In this document: piece after piece, positions 24,255-35,094 of the stretch
Layout of the letters: the number at the start of each line of letters is the position of its first letter
How positions within the stretch are numbered: position 1 is the first letter of the stretch
Source: Escherichia coli
Lineage (GTDB): Bacteria > Pseudomonadota > Gammaproteobacteria > Enterobacterales > Enterobacteriaceae
Length of the DNA stretch: 64,000 bases
NCBI RefSeq assembly: GCF_013122565.1
Contig: NZ_CP053258.1
Strand: one strand, 5' to 3'
Notes under the pieces: generated by a model
The model's input: only the letters and a program-made list of their open reading frames with translations
What the model was told of the DNA's origin: nothing
Databases searched by the model: none
Position numbers and translations under genes: made by a program

Positions 24255-25592
24255 ATGACAACACTCAATCAAATACCTGCCAGCAAACGCGATGGAAAAA
24301 AGCGGCTGATCCACCGTTTCTCCTGGGTTTCATTGCTGGTTTGCTGGCTTATCTGGGTGCTCAACGCCTACGATCGCGAGATGATCCTGCGCCTTGGCCC
24401 GGTGATTTCTAAGGAGTTCTCGCTCTCGCCGGAACAATGGGGGAACGTCGTAGCACTGATTATGGTGGCCCTTGCGGTGCTGGATATCCCGGGCGCCATC
24501 TGGAGCGATCGTTACGGATCAGGCTGGAAGCGAGCACGCTTTCAGGTGCCGCTGGTGCTGGGCTACACCGCGTTGTCTTTTATCTCCGGGATAAAAGCTG
24601 TCAGCCACGGTCTGACGACCTTTGTATTGCTGCGCGTTGGGGTCAACCTCGGGGCTGGCTGGGGCGAGCCCGTCGGCGTCAGCAACACCGCAGAGTGGTG
24701 GCCGAAAGAGAAACGCGGTTTCGCGCTGGGGGTGCATCATACCGGTTATCCCATTGGCGCACTGCTAAGCGGTGTCGTGGCAAGCCTGGTACTTTCCACA
24801 TTTGGCGAAGGTAACTGGCGCTACTGTTTCCTGCTGGCGCTGATCGTCGCTATTCCGCTGATGCTCTTCTGGGCGAAATATTCCACCGCCGCCCGAATCA
24901 ACACGCTTTATCAGCATATCGATAGTCAGGGAATGACGCGCCCGGCGACGCAGGAAAGCAATCATGTTGCGAAAGGCGAAGGGCTGAAAACGTTTTTACG
25001 TACCCTGCGCAATCGCAATATTTCGCTGACGGCAGGCAATACTCTGCTGACGCAGATTGTCTATATGGGCATTAACGTTGTGCTGCCGCCGTATCTTTAT
25101 CATGTCTCCGGCCTGTCGCTGGCAGCATCCGCCGGGATGAGTATTATCTTTACGCTTACTGGTACTCTGGGGCAGATAATTTGGCCCTGGCTGTCCGACA
25201 GTTTTGGTCGTAAACGTACCCTGATTGTCTGCGGTCTGTGGATGAGTATCGGCATTGCACTGTTCTATTTCGCCACGAATATGCCGCGCCTTATCGCCAT
25301 TCAGCTATTTTTTGGACTGGTGGCAAACGCCGTGTGGCCTATCTATTACGCAATGGCCTCGGACTCCGCCGAAGAACGCGCCACCTCTACTGCAAACGGA
25401 ATTATCACCACGGCAATGTTTATTGGCGGTGGCATTTCGCCATTGCTCATGGGCTGGCTAATTCAGCTTGGTGGGGGTTGGGAAAACCCGGCGGGTTATA
25501 TCTACGCCTTCTTTACGATGGCGGGATGTGCGCTGCTGGGGATGCTGTTGCAGTTAATGACCAGTGATAAAACGCCGCGCAAAGCGCATTAA
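24255..25592 (+). CDS. MFS transporter (second permease of the cluster)
   Basis: 445 aa polytopic protein with MFS loop motif (SDRYGSGWKR), GGAG SD. Confidence 0.75.
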   Translation: MTTLNQIPASKRDGKKRLIHRFSWVSLLVCWLIWVLNAYDREMILRLGPVISKEFSLSPEQWGNVVALIMVALAVLDIPGAIWSDRYGSGWKRARFQVPLVLGYTALSFISGIKAVSHGLTTFVLLRVGVNLGAGWGEPVGVSNTAEWWPKEKRGFALGVHHTGYPIGALLSGVVASLVLSTFGEGNWRYCFLLALIVAIPLMLFWAKYSTAARINTLYQHIDSQGMTRPATQESNHVAKGEGLKTFLRTLRNRNISLTAGNTLLTQIVYMGINVVLPPYLYHVSGLSLAASAGMSIIFTLTGTLGQIIWPWLSDSFGRKRTLIVCGLWMSIGIALFYFATNMPRLIAIQLFFGLVANAVWPIYYAMASDSAEERATSTANGIITTAMFIGGGISPLLMGWLIQLGGGWENPAGYIYAFFTMAGCALLGMLLQLMTSDKTPRKAH

Positions 25593-25605
25593 TTCAGGAG
25601 AACGC

Positions 25606-25728
25606 ATGAAGATTGTTATCGCGCTGGATCCTTTTAAGAGTCGGCTCCTCGCAGACGCTGCGGAGAATGTTATACGAACCTTTGTGAGCGGACGACGCAA
25701 AGAGAAACATAAGCGGATGACCTTATGA
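25606..25728 (+). pseudogene. 40-codon ORF resembling the N-terminus of glycerate kinase (GarK/GlxK-like remnant), translationally coupled (ATGA) to the CdaR-family gene
   Basis: Translation MKIVIALDPFKSRLLADAAENVIRTF... resembles the MKIVIAPDSFKESLSA N-terminus of glycerate kinases (recalled from memory); strong AGGAG SD; stop overlaps cdaR-like ATG. Confidence 0.35.
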
Positions 25729-26882
25729 TTATTACGACGGCGCTGGCTAATGAAATTGTCACCAGGGCGATGGCAATCATTCATCATAACGTGAACGTAA
25801 TTGACCATTATGGACAGATCATTGCCTCAGGTGAACGGCATCGTATCGGCGAGCAACATGAAATCGCCCGTGAGGTGATACGCACGGGTAAACGCATTTG
25901 TATTAACAACGCTGCTGAAGCCGCGCGTTTTAAGAATGTGCTTCCGGGTATTAATCATCCCATTATCTATGACGATCGCGTGGTGATGGTTGTGGGTATC
26001 AGCGGCGATCCCGCAGCGATCAGCCGCTATGCTGAACTGGCGGTGCTCACCGCCGAGCTGCTGGTCCGCCAGGCCGCCGAGATGCAAGAAACCAACTGGC
26101 GACAGCGCCTGCGCGATACCTTGTTTTGTCAGTATCTTGAGCAAGGTACCTCGCCCGCCGGGCAGGAATCACTCCATCGCCTGCTCGAAACTGGCTTCGC
26201 TTTTGATGCGCCGCTGGTACCAGTCGTCGTATCAGTGCAGGTTGAGCAGCACCAGCTAAGCGAAATTTTAAGTACGCTGCTGCGGGAGTTCTCCCGGTTG
26301 GCCGGGGTAAGAGACGTTATTTTGCTCGGCAGCAATGAGATTTTACTCCTCAATACGCTGAGCGAACCGCAGGAAACATTGCTGCGCAGCATTGAGTTTG
26401 TTCTTAGCAATCAGATCAGTCATTACCATATCGGGATAGGCGTACAGGCGGATAGCGCCCCGGATATTCGCGAGGCCATCAGATTCGCCCGTTCGGTGAT
26501 TGAAGTTGGGAGCAAAGTGCAGCCACAGCGGCAGATCTACTATTTTCGCGAAATGGCCATGCTCTGCCTGTTCCGGGTACTGGAAGACAGCTATATGGTG
26601 AATTTTTTTATCAATAATGTCCGCCAGTTGCTTGAACATGATTCTGGCGAAGTGCTGCTGGATACCCTGAGCAGCTTTATTGCCAATAACGCAGAGCTGG
26701 GTAAAACATCGCTGCTGTTGGGTATTCACCGCAATACGCTCACCTATCGTCTACAGCAGATAAAAAAGCATATCCAGCTCGATCCGATGGTCTTCACCGA
26801 CCTGACGCAACTGGCGGTGTCGGTACACTGCTATCGTCGGCAGAACCCGCGCCAGAGCGAATGGATCGATAGCTTAAGTTAA
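25725..26882 (+). CDS. CdaR/SdaR-family (sugar diacid regulator-like) transcriptional regulator
   Basis: 385 aa; N-terminal diacid-regulator domain and C-terminal PucR-type HTH; overall architecture like E. coli CdaR. Confidence 0.8.
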   Translation: MIITTALANEIVTRAMAIIHHNVNVIDHYGQIIASGERHRIGEQHEIAREVIRTGKRICINNAAEAARFKNVLPGINHPIIYDDRVVMVVGISGDPAAISRYAELAVLTAELLVRQAAEMQETNWRQRLRDTLFCQYLEQGTSPAGQESLHRLLETGFAFDAPLVPVVVSVQVEQHQLSEILSTLLREFSRLAGVRDVILLGSNEILLLNTLSEPQETLLRSIEFVLSNQISHYHIGIGVQADSAPDIREAIRFARSVIEVGSKVQPQRQIYYFREMAMLCLFRVLEDSYMVNFFINNVRQLLEHDSGEVLLDTLSSFIANNAELGKTSLLLGIHRNTLTYRLQQIKKHIQLDPMVFTDLTQLAVSVHCYRRQNPRQSEWIDSLS

Positions 26883-26930
26883 AACGCGATGGGGTCAGTT
26901 CATTATTTCAAAGAGCATAAGTACAGGAAC

Positions 26931-26972
26931 AAATGTCGGATGCGCCACTGGGCACATCCGACAATCTTTTAT
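26931..26972. terminator. Bidirectional hairpin terminator between the cdaR-like gene and cynX
   Basis: tgtcggatgcgcc actg ggcacatccgaca stem (one mismatch) flanked by T-rich tracts on both strands; REP-like sequence. Confidence 0.6.
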
Positions 26973-27003
26973 TGTTCCATTGTCTCGCAAAACAAGCGTC
27001 GCA

Positions 27004-28158
27004 TCATGCCTCTTTGACCCACAGCTGCGGAAAACGTGCTGGTGCAAAACGCAGGGTTATGATCATCAGCCCAACGACGCACAGCGCATGAAATACCCAG
27101 TCCATCAGGTAATTGCCGCTGATACTACGCAGCACGCCAGAAAACCACGGGGCAAGCCCGGCGATGATAAAACCGATCCCCTGCATAAACGCCACCAGCT
27201 TGCCAGCAATAGCAGGTTGCACAGAGTGATCGAGCGCCAGCAGCAAACAGAGCGGAAATGCGCCGCCCAGACCTAACCCACACACCATCACCCACAATAC
27301 CGGCAATTGCAGCGGCAACCAGATAAAGCCGCAGAACCCCACCAGTTGTAACACCAGCGCCAGCATTAACAGTTTGCGCCGATCCTGATGGCGAGCCATA
27401 GCAGGCATCAGCAAAGCTCCTGCGGCTTGCCCAAGCGTCATCAATGCCAGCAAGGAACCGCTGTACTGCGCGCTGGCACCAATCTCAATATAGAAAGCGG
27501 GTAACCAGGCAATCAGGCTGGCGTAACCGCCGTTAATCAGACCGAAGTAAAGGCCCAGCGTCCACGCGCGGGGAGTGAATACCACGCGAACCGGAGTGGT
27601 TGTGGTCTTGTGAGAAGAGGCGACCTCGCGGGCGCTTTGCCACCACCAGGCAAAGAGCGCAACAACGGCAGGCTGCGCCCACCAGGCGAGTGTTTGATAC
27701 CAGGTTTCGCTATGTTGAACTAACCAGGGCGTCAGGGCGGCACCAAGTCCACCGCCGCCCATCAGAGCCGCGGACCACAGCCCCATCACCAGTGGCGTGC
27801 GCTGCTGAAACCGCCGTTTAATCACCGAAGGCATCACCGCCTGAATGATGCCGATCCCCACCCCACCAAGCAGTGCGCTGCTAAGCAGCAGCGCACTTTG
27901 GGGGTAAAGCTCACGCATCAATGCACCGACGGCAATCAGTAACAAACTGATGGCGACGCTGCGACGTTCGCTGACATGCTGATGAAGCCAGCTTCCGGCC
28001 AGCGCCAGCCCGCCCATGGTAACCACCGGCAGAGCGGTCAACAGGGCAGCCACGCTAAAGCTCATTCCGCTTGCCTGGCGCAATTGCGGTAGCAGTGGCC
28101 CGACGGAGGTGAGCAGTGGTCGCATATTAAGACCAATCAGCACCAGAACCAGCAGCAT
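27004..28158 (-). CDS. cynX: Cyanate MFS transporter
   Basis: 384 aa from MLLVLVLIGLNMRPLLTSVGPLL; follows cynS. Confidence 0.9.
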   Translation of the reverse strand: MLLVLVLIGLNMRPLLTSVGPLLPQLRQASGMSFSVAALLTALPVVTMGGLALAGSWLHQHVSERRSVAISLLLIAVGALMRELYPQSALLLSSALLGGVGIGIIQAVMPSVIKRRFQQRTPLVMGLWSAALMGGGGLGAALTPWLVQHSETWYQTLAWWAQPAVVALFAWWWQSAREVASSHKTTTTPVRVVFTPRAWTLGLYFGLINGGYASLIAWLPAFYIEIGASAQYSGSLLALMTLGQAAGALLMPAMARHQDRRKLLMLALVLQLVGFCGFIWLPLQLPVLWVMVCGLGLGGAFPLCLLLALDHSVQPAIAGKLVAFMQGIGFIIAGLAPWFSGVLRSISGNYLMDWVFHALCVVGLMIITLRFAPARFPQLWVKEA

Positions 28159-28190
28159 CGTGAACGTCTTTTGATGGTTACGCATGGCTG

Positions 28191-28679
<489 letters not shown>

Positions 28680-28691
28680 TTAAAAATAAGG

Positions 28692-29351
28692 TTACGCTGC
28701 GGTTGGCTGGCGTAGCGGTATGGCACAAACGCGAGGATTAGCGGCCAGTGGCACAAACTGGCGGGTTGCGCCGTCAAACGCTGCGATGCTGCCGCTTTCA
28801 ATGTCGTAGACCCAGCCGTGCAGGGCGATCCGCCCCTCTTCGAGCGCCAGGCGCACCGATGGATGAGTTTGCAAATTAGCCAACTGAGCAATGACGTTTT
28901 CACGTACCATCGCCGCAGCTTTTGACGGTAAATCGGAATGCGGGCGCGCCTCATTAACGACGCGGGCTGAATCGGCATAACGCAGCCAGTGGGAGACGGC
29001 AGGCATATGGTCCATGCACTGACAGTTGGCAATGGCGGTCATCGCGCCACAGTTGGAATGACCGCAAATCACAATGTCAGATACCCGAAGCGCAGCGACG
29101 GCATACTCCACCGAAGCAGAAACGCCACCGGGTTCCGGCCCGTAGGAAGGGACAATATTACCTGCGTTGCGAATAACGAACAGATCGCCAGGCTCACGTT
29201 GCGTCACCAGCTCAGGGACCAGACGGCTGTCGGAGCAGGAGATAAAAAGGGTGCGCGGGCTTTGCTGTGTCGCCAGCTGTTTAAATAAGGCTTCCCGCTT
29301 CGGAAATGCCTCGCGCTGGAATTTAAGGAATCCATCAATAATCTCTTTCAC
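28692..29351 (-). CDS. cynT: Beta-class carbonic anhydrase
   Basis: 219 aa, beta-CA motifs CSDSR and HSNCGA. Confidence 0.93.
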   Translation of the reverse strand: MKEIIDGFLKFQREAFPKREALFKQLATQQSPRTLFISCSDSRLVPELVTQREPGDLFVIRNAGNIVPSYGPEPGGVSASVEYAVAALRVSDIVICGHSNCGAMTAIANCQCMDHMPAVSHWLRYADSARVVNEARPHSDLPSKAAAMVRENVIAQLANLQTHPSVRLALEEGRIALHGWVYDIESGSIAAFDGATRQFVPLAANPRVCAIPLRQPTAA

Positions 29352-29460
29352 CGTTAACCTCTGTCTGTCTCTGGAATGAGAGGCAGACTACTCGCCGATT
29401 GTCATAAGGTAAAAGTCTCATTTATGATGAGTTCTATTGGATTTACTTATAGGTTGGCGA
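29352..29460. promoter_or_regulatory. cynR / cynTSX divergent promoter region (LysR-type control region)
   Basis: 109-bp AT-rich spacer between divergent cynT and cynR starts. Confidence 0.5.
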
Positions 29461-30360
29461 ATGCTCTCTCGACATATCAATTATTTTCTTGCCGTGGCTG
29501 AACATGGCAGCTTCACCCGTGCCGCCAGTGCGTTGCACGTCTCTCAGCCTGCGCTTTCCCAGCAGATTCGCCAGTTAGAGGAGAGTTTAGGCGTGCCGCT
29601 GTTTGACCGTAGCGGGCGAACAATTCGTCTCACTGATGCAGGAGAAGTCTGGCGACAGTACGCCAGCCGGGCGTTACAGGAACTGGGAGCGGGTAAACGG
29701 GCGATTCATGATGTTGCCGATCTGACGAGAGGATCGCTGCGTATCGCCGTCACCCCCACCTTTACGAGCTACTTTATCGGCCCCTTAATGGCGGATTTCT
29801 ATGCGCGCTATCCCGGCATCACGCTCCAGCTACAGGAAATGTCGCAGGAGAAAATCGAGGATATGCTTTGCCGCGACGAGTTGGACGTTGGGATTGCCTT
29901 CGCGCCTGTGCATTCGCCGGAGCTGGAGGCAATTCCTTTACTGACAGAAAGTTTAGCGTTAGTCGTGGCGCAACATCATCCGCTGGCAGTCCATGAACAG
30001 GTGGCGTTGAGTCGCTTGCATGATGAAAAACTGGTACTGCTCAGCGCGGAATTTGCCACCAGAGAGCAAATTGACCACTACTGCGAGAAAGCGGGGCTGC
30101 ATCCACAGGTGGTCATTGAGGCGAACTCAATTAGCGCGGTTCTGGAGCTGATTCGCCGCACTTCCCTTTCCACATTGTTGCCAGCAGCGATTGCCACACA
30201 ACATGACGGGCTTAAAGCTATATCCCTTGCCCCACCGTTACTGGAGAGAACGGCGGTTTTGTTGCGGCGGAAAAATAGCTGGCAGACAGCCGCCGCGAAG
30301 GCATTTTTACACATGGCGTTGGAAGAATGTGCGGATGTTGGCGGGCATGAATCACGGTAG
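29461..30360 (+). CDS. cynR: LysR-family activator of the cyn operon
   Basis: 299 aa from [41 protein letters not shown]. Confidence 0.9.
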   Translation: MLSRHINYFLAVAEHGSFTRAASALHVSQPALSQQIRQLEESLGVPLFDRSGRTIRLTDAGEVWRQYASRALQELGAGKRAIHDVADLTRGSLRIAVTPTFTSYFIGPLMADFYARYPGITLQLQEMSQEKIEDMLCRDELDVGIAFAPVHSPELEAIPLLTESLALVVAQHHPLAVHEQVALSRLHDEKLVLLSAEFATREQIDHYCEKAGLHPQVVIEANSISAVLELIRRTSLSTLLPAAIATQHDGLKAISLAPPLLERTAVLLRRKNSWQTAAAKAFLHMALEECADVGGHESR

Positions 30361-30381
30361 CCACTGACACAGGTCAGTGGC
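30360..30381. terminator. Bidirectional hairpin terminator between cynR and codA
   Basis: gccactgac acag gtcagtggc perfect 9-bp stem in the 39-bp spacer between convergent genes. Confidence 0.6.
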
Positions 30382-30399
30382 TCTTCAACGCAGAGGAAA

Positions 30400-31683
30400 T
30401 TACCGTTTGTAATCGATGGCTTCTGGCTGCTCCAGATATACGGTGGTTTGTGCCGGTTGTGTACTGGCAATCACCTTGCCGCCCCGTACCGAATAACGTA
30501 CCGGAACCTGACGGCGCAGCGCATCAAATCCATTTTCAGCCGGCAGGATAATCAGGTTGGCGCTGTTTCCGGCGGCAATGCCGTAATCCTGCAAATTCAA
30601 CGTCCTGGCGCTGTGGTGGGTGATTAAATTCAGGCCATCGTTAATCTGCCCGTAGCCCATCAGCTGGCAAACATGCAGCCCCATATGGAGTACTTGCAGC
30701 ATATTCGCCGTTCCCAGCGGATACCACGGATCGAAGACATCATCGTGACCAAAGCAGACGTTAATGCCGGACTCCAGCATCTCTTTAACGCGCGTGATGC
30801 CGCGACGTTTTGGATAGGTATCGAAACGTCCTTGCAGATGGATATTGACCAGCGGGTTGGCGACAAAGTTAATACCGGACATTTTCAGCAAGCGGAACAG
30901 GCGTGAGGTATACGCCCCGTTATAGGAGTGCATTGCCGTGGTGTGGCTGGCGGTAACTCGCGCGCCCATGCCTTCACGGTGCGCCAGGGCAGCAACGGTT
31001 TCGACAAAGCGCGACTGTTCGTCATCGATCTCATCACAGTGAACGTCGATGAGACGGTCGTATTTTTGCGCCAGGGCGAAGGTTTTATGCAGCGACTCCA
31101 CGCCGTATTCGCGGGTAAATTCAAAATGCGGAATCGCCCCCACTACATCTGCCCCTAAGCGTAGCGCCTCTTCCAGCAACGCTTCACCGTTGGGATACGA
31201 CAAAATCCCTTCCTGCGGGAAGGCAACGATTTGCAGATCAATCCACGGCGCGACTTCCTGCTTCACTTCCAGCATTGCTTTTAGCGCAGTCAGCGTTGCA
31301 TCCGAAACATCGACATGGGTACGCACATGCTGAATACCGTTGGCAATCTGCCATTTCAGCGTTTGCCAGGCGCGTTGTTTCACATCGTCATGGGTTAATA
31401 ACGCTTTGCGCTCGGCCCAGCGTTCAATGCCTTCAAACAGCGTGCCGGACTGATTCCAGTTCGGTTGTCCGGCGGTTTGCGTGGTGTCCAGGTGAATATG
31501 TGGCTCCACAAACGGCGGTATAACTAAACCTTGTTCGGCATCCAGGCTGTTTTCAGTTATGGCCATCACGCCGGATTGCGCATCAATGGCGCTGATTTTT
31601 CCGTCGTGAAGATGAATCTGCCACAGCCCCTCTTTGCCAGGTAAACGGGCGTTACTAATTGTTTGTAAAGCGTTATTCGACAC
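30400..31683 (-). CDS. codA: Cytosine deaminase
   Basis: 427 aa beginning at GTG (VSNNALQTI...); amidohydrolase metal ligands HIHLD; overlaps codB stop. Confidence 0.9.
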   Translation of the reverse strand: MSNNALQTISNARLPGKEGLWQIHLHDGKISAIDAQSGVMAITENSLDAEQGLVIPPFVEPHIHLDTTQTAGQPNWNQSGTLFEGIERWAERKALLTHDDVKQRAWQTLKWQIANGIQHVRTHVDVSDATLTALKAMLEVKQEVAPWIDLQIVAFPQEGILSYPNGEALLEEALRLGADVVGAIPHFEFTREYGVESLHKTFALAQKYDRLIDVHCDEIDDEQSRFVETVAALAHREGMGARVTASHTTAMHSYNGAYTSRLFRLLKMSGINFVANPLVNIHLQGRFDTYPKRRGITRVKEMLESGINVCFGHDDVFDPWYPLGTANMLQVLHMGLHVCQLMGYGQINDGLNLITHHSARTLNLQDYGIAAGNSANLIILPAENGFDALRRQVPVRYSVRGGKVIASTQPAQTTVYLEQPEAIDYKR

Positions 31684-32932
31684 TGTTAGCCTCCACATGC
31701 GTCATTGCTGCTGTCGTTTTACGATTCAAAATCGGGTTAATGATCAGATAGCTCAGCGCGCCACCTAATACCGCGTTGACCGGAACAATTCCCGGTAACC
31801 AGTGGCCTGCGGCAATCCCCAGCGCGACCGCCAGAATCGCCACCCAATTGACACTCATCATACGCGTGGTCGCAAAGTGCTCATAGCGGCGACGGTTCAT
31901 CAGATAGTCGGCGATGATTACGCCCCCTACCGGAGGAATAGCTGCCGAAAGGAAGGTCAGCCAGCCGACAAAATTGTTATACAGCCATAATGCGCAGACC
32001 GTACCGATAATACCGTTGATTACCGAAAGGGTTTTGCTCGACATACCGGTAATGTTGGCGAAACCTAAACCCGACGCATAGAGTGCGTTATCGTTGGTGG
32101 TCCAGATATTCAGCCCCAGCACCACAATCGCAGGCAGCAGCAGGCCCTGAGCAATCATCACATCAGAGATATCCGCCATCCCCAGTGCCGCCGCGCCCGC
32201 TGCACCGAAAATAAACATCAACGAGTTGCCGAGGAAAAAGGCCACCATCGCCACCAGCACCGCCAGTTTGGCATTGCGACCAAACCGGACAAAGTCAGCG
32301 GTGAGCGTACCCGCACTGATAAATGACCCCACAACCAGCGCCAGTGCGACATTGAAATCTAGCGGTTGTGCAGGAACGACCGCTTTTAAGGCGTCCAGAC
32401 CGCCCATGCCGTTAACGGCCAGCCACACGGAATAACCACCAAGGCAGGCGATGGCCGGAACCGCAATCACCGAAAGAACGGTCAGCGCCGAAATACCAAA
32501 GAACACGGTGACGGTCATCAGTAAACCGGAAACGGCAATCAGCAAATTAATATCCAGCCCAGTTGCCTTGCCCACCGGAATGGCAAACATCGCCACGCCA
32601 ACGCCAAACCAGCCAACCTGGGTGCCGCCCAGCAGCAGTGAAGGCAGCCATGAGCCTTTAACACCAAACGAGAAGCGAGCAAGAAGATGGGTGGTCAGGC
32701 CGGTTTTTGCGCCAATGTAACCAAGAAATGAAGTGTAAATACCGAGGAGAAGATTACCGATGAGAACTGCGAGGAAGAAATCATGATAGCTAAGACCGGT
32801 TCCGAGAGTGCCGCCGGTCCACATACTGGCGGAAAAGAAGGTTAATCCCAGCATGACGAACGTCAATGCCAATACCCCTTTCCGCGCCGACTGCGGGACT
32901 GGCCCCTGGCTAAAGTTGTTATCTTGCGACAC
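31673..32932 (-). CDS. codB: Cytosine permease (NCS1 family)
   Basis: 419 aa polytopic transporter immediately upstream of codA. Confidence 0.92.
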   Translation of the reverse strand: MSQDNNFSQGPVPQSARKGVLALTFVMLGLTFFSASMWTGGTLGTGLSYHDFFLAVLIGNLLLGIYTSFLGYIGAKTGLTTHLLARFSFGVKGSWLPSLLLGGTQVGWFGVGVAMFAIPVGKATGLDINLLIAVSGLLMTVTVFFGISALTVLSVIAVPAIACLGGYSVWLAVNGMGGLDALKAVVPAQPLDFNVALALVVGSFISAGTLTADFVRFGRNAKLAVLVAMVAFFLGNSLMFIFGAAGAAALGMADISDVMIAQGLLLPAIVVLGLNIWTTNDNALYASGLGFANITGMSSKTLSVINGIIGTVCALWLYNNFVGWLTFLSAAIPPVGGVIIADYLMNRRRYEHFATTRMMSVNWVAILAVALGIAAGHWLPGIVPVNAVLGGALSYLIINPILNRKTTAAMTHVEANSVE

Positions 32933-32998
32933 GAAATTCCCCCTTTTTGCTGTTTGAAACCCAAAAAATCCGCCGCATTCTATTCATCTGAAGATAAA

Positions 32999-33016
32999 AA
33001 GCAATCGTTTTCGTGG
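32999..33016. promoter_or_regulatory. PurR-box-like operator upstream of codB
   Basis: aagcaatcgttttcgt matches the PurR consensus ANGCAAACGTTTNCNT with one mismatch, about 70 bp upstream of codB start. Confidence 0.45.
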
Positions 33017-33087
33017 GGAAATATATTTTTTATATGAATGAGTGCAAAAAGGTGGGGGAAAAATTATCGGTGTAAAAACAGTGGGCA

Positions 33088-33165
33088 GGCATAATAAGAC
33101 GCGGTAAGCGTCGCATCAGGCATCTGCGCATGGTGTCGGATGCGCCAGGCGACGCATCCGACAAT
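33088..33165. repeat. REP/BIME element
   Basis: ataagacgcggtaagcgtcgcatcaggcatctgcgcatggtgtcggatgcgccaggcgacgcatccgaca palindromic units between codB promoter and prpE end. Confidence 0.8.
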
Positions 33166-33168
33166 AAC

Positions 33169-35055
33169 CTACTCTTCCATCGCCTGGCGGATCTGATCCA
33201 ACGACGCAGGATCATCAATGGTTGTCAGATCCCCAGGATCGCGTCCTTCACAAATCGCCTGGATCGTGCGCCGCAGCATTTTTCCGGATCGCGTTTTTGG
33301 CAATTGCGAGACAAACCAGACGTGCGCCGGCCGGCCAAAGTTGCCAATCTGGCTGTCCACCAGCGCCATAATCGCCTTCTCTTGCGAGTGCGCCACCTCG
33401 CGGTCTTCCAGACTGTCGCTCTCTTTCGGAATGACAAACGCCAGCGCCACCTGCCCTTTCAGCGCATCTTTCACCCCAACCACCGCCACTTCGGCAACGC
33501 CCGGATGACTGGAGATACTCTCTTCAATCTCGCGCGTCCCCAGCCGATGCCCGGCAACGTTAATCACATCGTCAGTGCGCCCGAGAATAAAGTGATAACC
33601 GTCAGCATCGCGGATACCCCAGTCAAAGGTGGCGTACACCGGACGGGAAAACAGCGACCAGTACGTCTTCACAAAGCGGTCGTCGTCGCCCCAGATGGTC
33701 TGAATACACCCCGGCGGCAGCGGCCCTTCCACCACCAGCATCCCTTTCTCGTTGACGCCGCACGGTTCGCCGGTGACTTCATTAAGCAACTGCACGTTAT
33801 AGCCATACATCGGCACGCCGGGGCTACCCAGACGCGTCGGCCTGTCGTCCAGACCGCGAGCAATCGCCATAATCGGCCAGCCGGATTCGGTCTGCCAGTA
33901 GTTGTCGATGACCGGCACATCCAGCGTATTGCTCACCCAACTGGCGGTCGGCTCGTCCAGCGGTTCTCCAGCCAGATAGAGCACTTCCAGCGACGAGAGA
34001 TCGTGTTTGCGAATTTCAGCGGTAGGGAATTTTTTCAGCACGCGAATGGCGGTCGGCGCTGAAAACATCCGGCTAACCTGATATTTCTCGACGATTTTCC
34101 ACCACACACCGCAGTCCGGCCAGGTCGGCAATCCTTCGTAAACGATAGTCGCCATCCCCGCCAGCAGCGGCGCGTAGACGATATACGAATGCCCCACCAC
34201 CCAGCCGATATCCGAGGCGCAAAAAAACACGCCGCCCGCTTTGCCGCCAAAAATGGTGTCCATCGAGGTCGCCAGCGCCACCGCATATCCGCCGACGTCA
34301 CGCTGCACGCCTTTAGGTTTGCCGGTCGTGCCGGAGGTGTAGAGAATGCAGGAGGTTTCGTTGGATTCCAGCCACGCCACCGGTACCCGTGCGCCGATGT
34401 GTTGATGGCGCAACGACGCGAAATCGACATCCCGCCCGCTGACGCGCGCCATTTTCGCCAGCCCGCGATCCACCAGCAAAACGTGGCGCGGCTGATGCTG
34501 CGCCTGACTTATCGCATCGTCGAGCAATTTTTTATAGGGAATGATTTTGCCACCGCGCGCCCCGGCATCAGCCGAGACAATCAGCACCGGTTTAGCGTCA
34601 TCAATTCGCGCCGCCACGCTGTGCGAGGCAAATCCCCCAAACACCACCGAATGAATAGCGCCAATGCGCGCGCAGGCCAGCAGAGTAATATGCGCTTCGG
34701 CAATCATCGGCATATACACCAGCACCCGATCGCCACGCTGCACGCCCAGCGAGCGCAGCATTGACGCCACCGCGTTCACTTCGTCATGCAGCTGGCGAAA
34801 GGTAAAGGTGCGCTCTTCTTCTGTTTCCGAAGAGACGGCAATCAGCGCCAGCGCCTCTGGCTGTTTCTCCAGCCAGCGGTCGATAGCGTTGTGGCACAAG
34901 TTGGTTCGGCCTTCACAAAACCAACGGGCAAACGGCGGATTGCTGTGATCAAGCGTTTGCGTAAAGGGCATCTGCCAGTCAATACGCCGGGCCTGCTCGG
35001 CCCAGAACTGCTCCGGTTCGTTAATCGAACGCTGATAAAATTCGCTAAAAGACAT
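33169..35055 (-). CDS. prpE: Propionyl-CoA synthetase
   Basis: 628 aa, AMP-binding YTSGTTGKPKG motif. Confidence 0.93.
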   Translation of the reverse strand: MSFSEFYQRSINEPEQFWAEQARRIDWQMPFTQTLDHSNPPFARWFCEGRTNLCHNAIDRWLEKQPEALALIAVSSETEEERTFTFRQLHDEVNAVASMLRSLGVQRGDRVLVYMPMIAEAHITLLACARIGAIHSVVFGGFASHSVAARIDDAKPVLIVSADAGARGGKIIPYKKLLDDAISQAQHQPRHVLLVDRGLAKMARVSGRDVDFASLRHQHIGARVPVAWLESNETSCILYTSGTTGKPKGVQRDVGGYAVALATSMDTIFGGKAGGVFFCASDIGWVVGHSYIVYAPLLAGMATIVYEGLPTWPDCGVWWKIVEKYQVSRMFSAPTAIRVLKKFPTAEIRKHDLSSLEVLYLAGEPLDEPTASWVSNTLDVPVIDNYWQTESGWPIMAIARGLDDRPTRLGSPGVPMYGYNVQLLNEVTGEPCGVNEKGMLVVEGPLPPGCIQTIWGDDDRFVKTYWSLFSRPVYATFDWGIRDADGYHFILGRTDDVINVAGHRLGTREIEESISSHPGVAEVAVVGVKDALKGQVALAFVIPKESDSLEDREVAHSQEKAIMALVDSQIGNFGRPAHVWFVSQLPKTRSGKMLRRTIQAICEGRDPGDLTTIDDPASLDQIRQAMEE

Positions 35056-35094
35056 AATGCTCTCCTGTTGAACTTACGCCTTACCGCTGTTTGC

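Noticed and set aside
14593-27003. Island considered as an integrative mobile element or prophage
   Set aside because: No integrase, transposase, IS ends, tRNA or flanking direct repeats are seen, and all genes are metabolic, transport or regulatory; more consistent with a replacement island than a self-mobile element.
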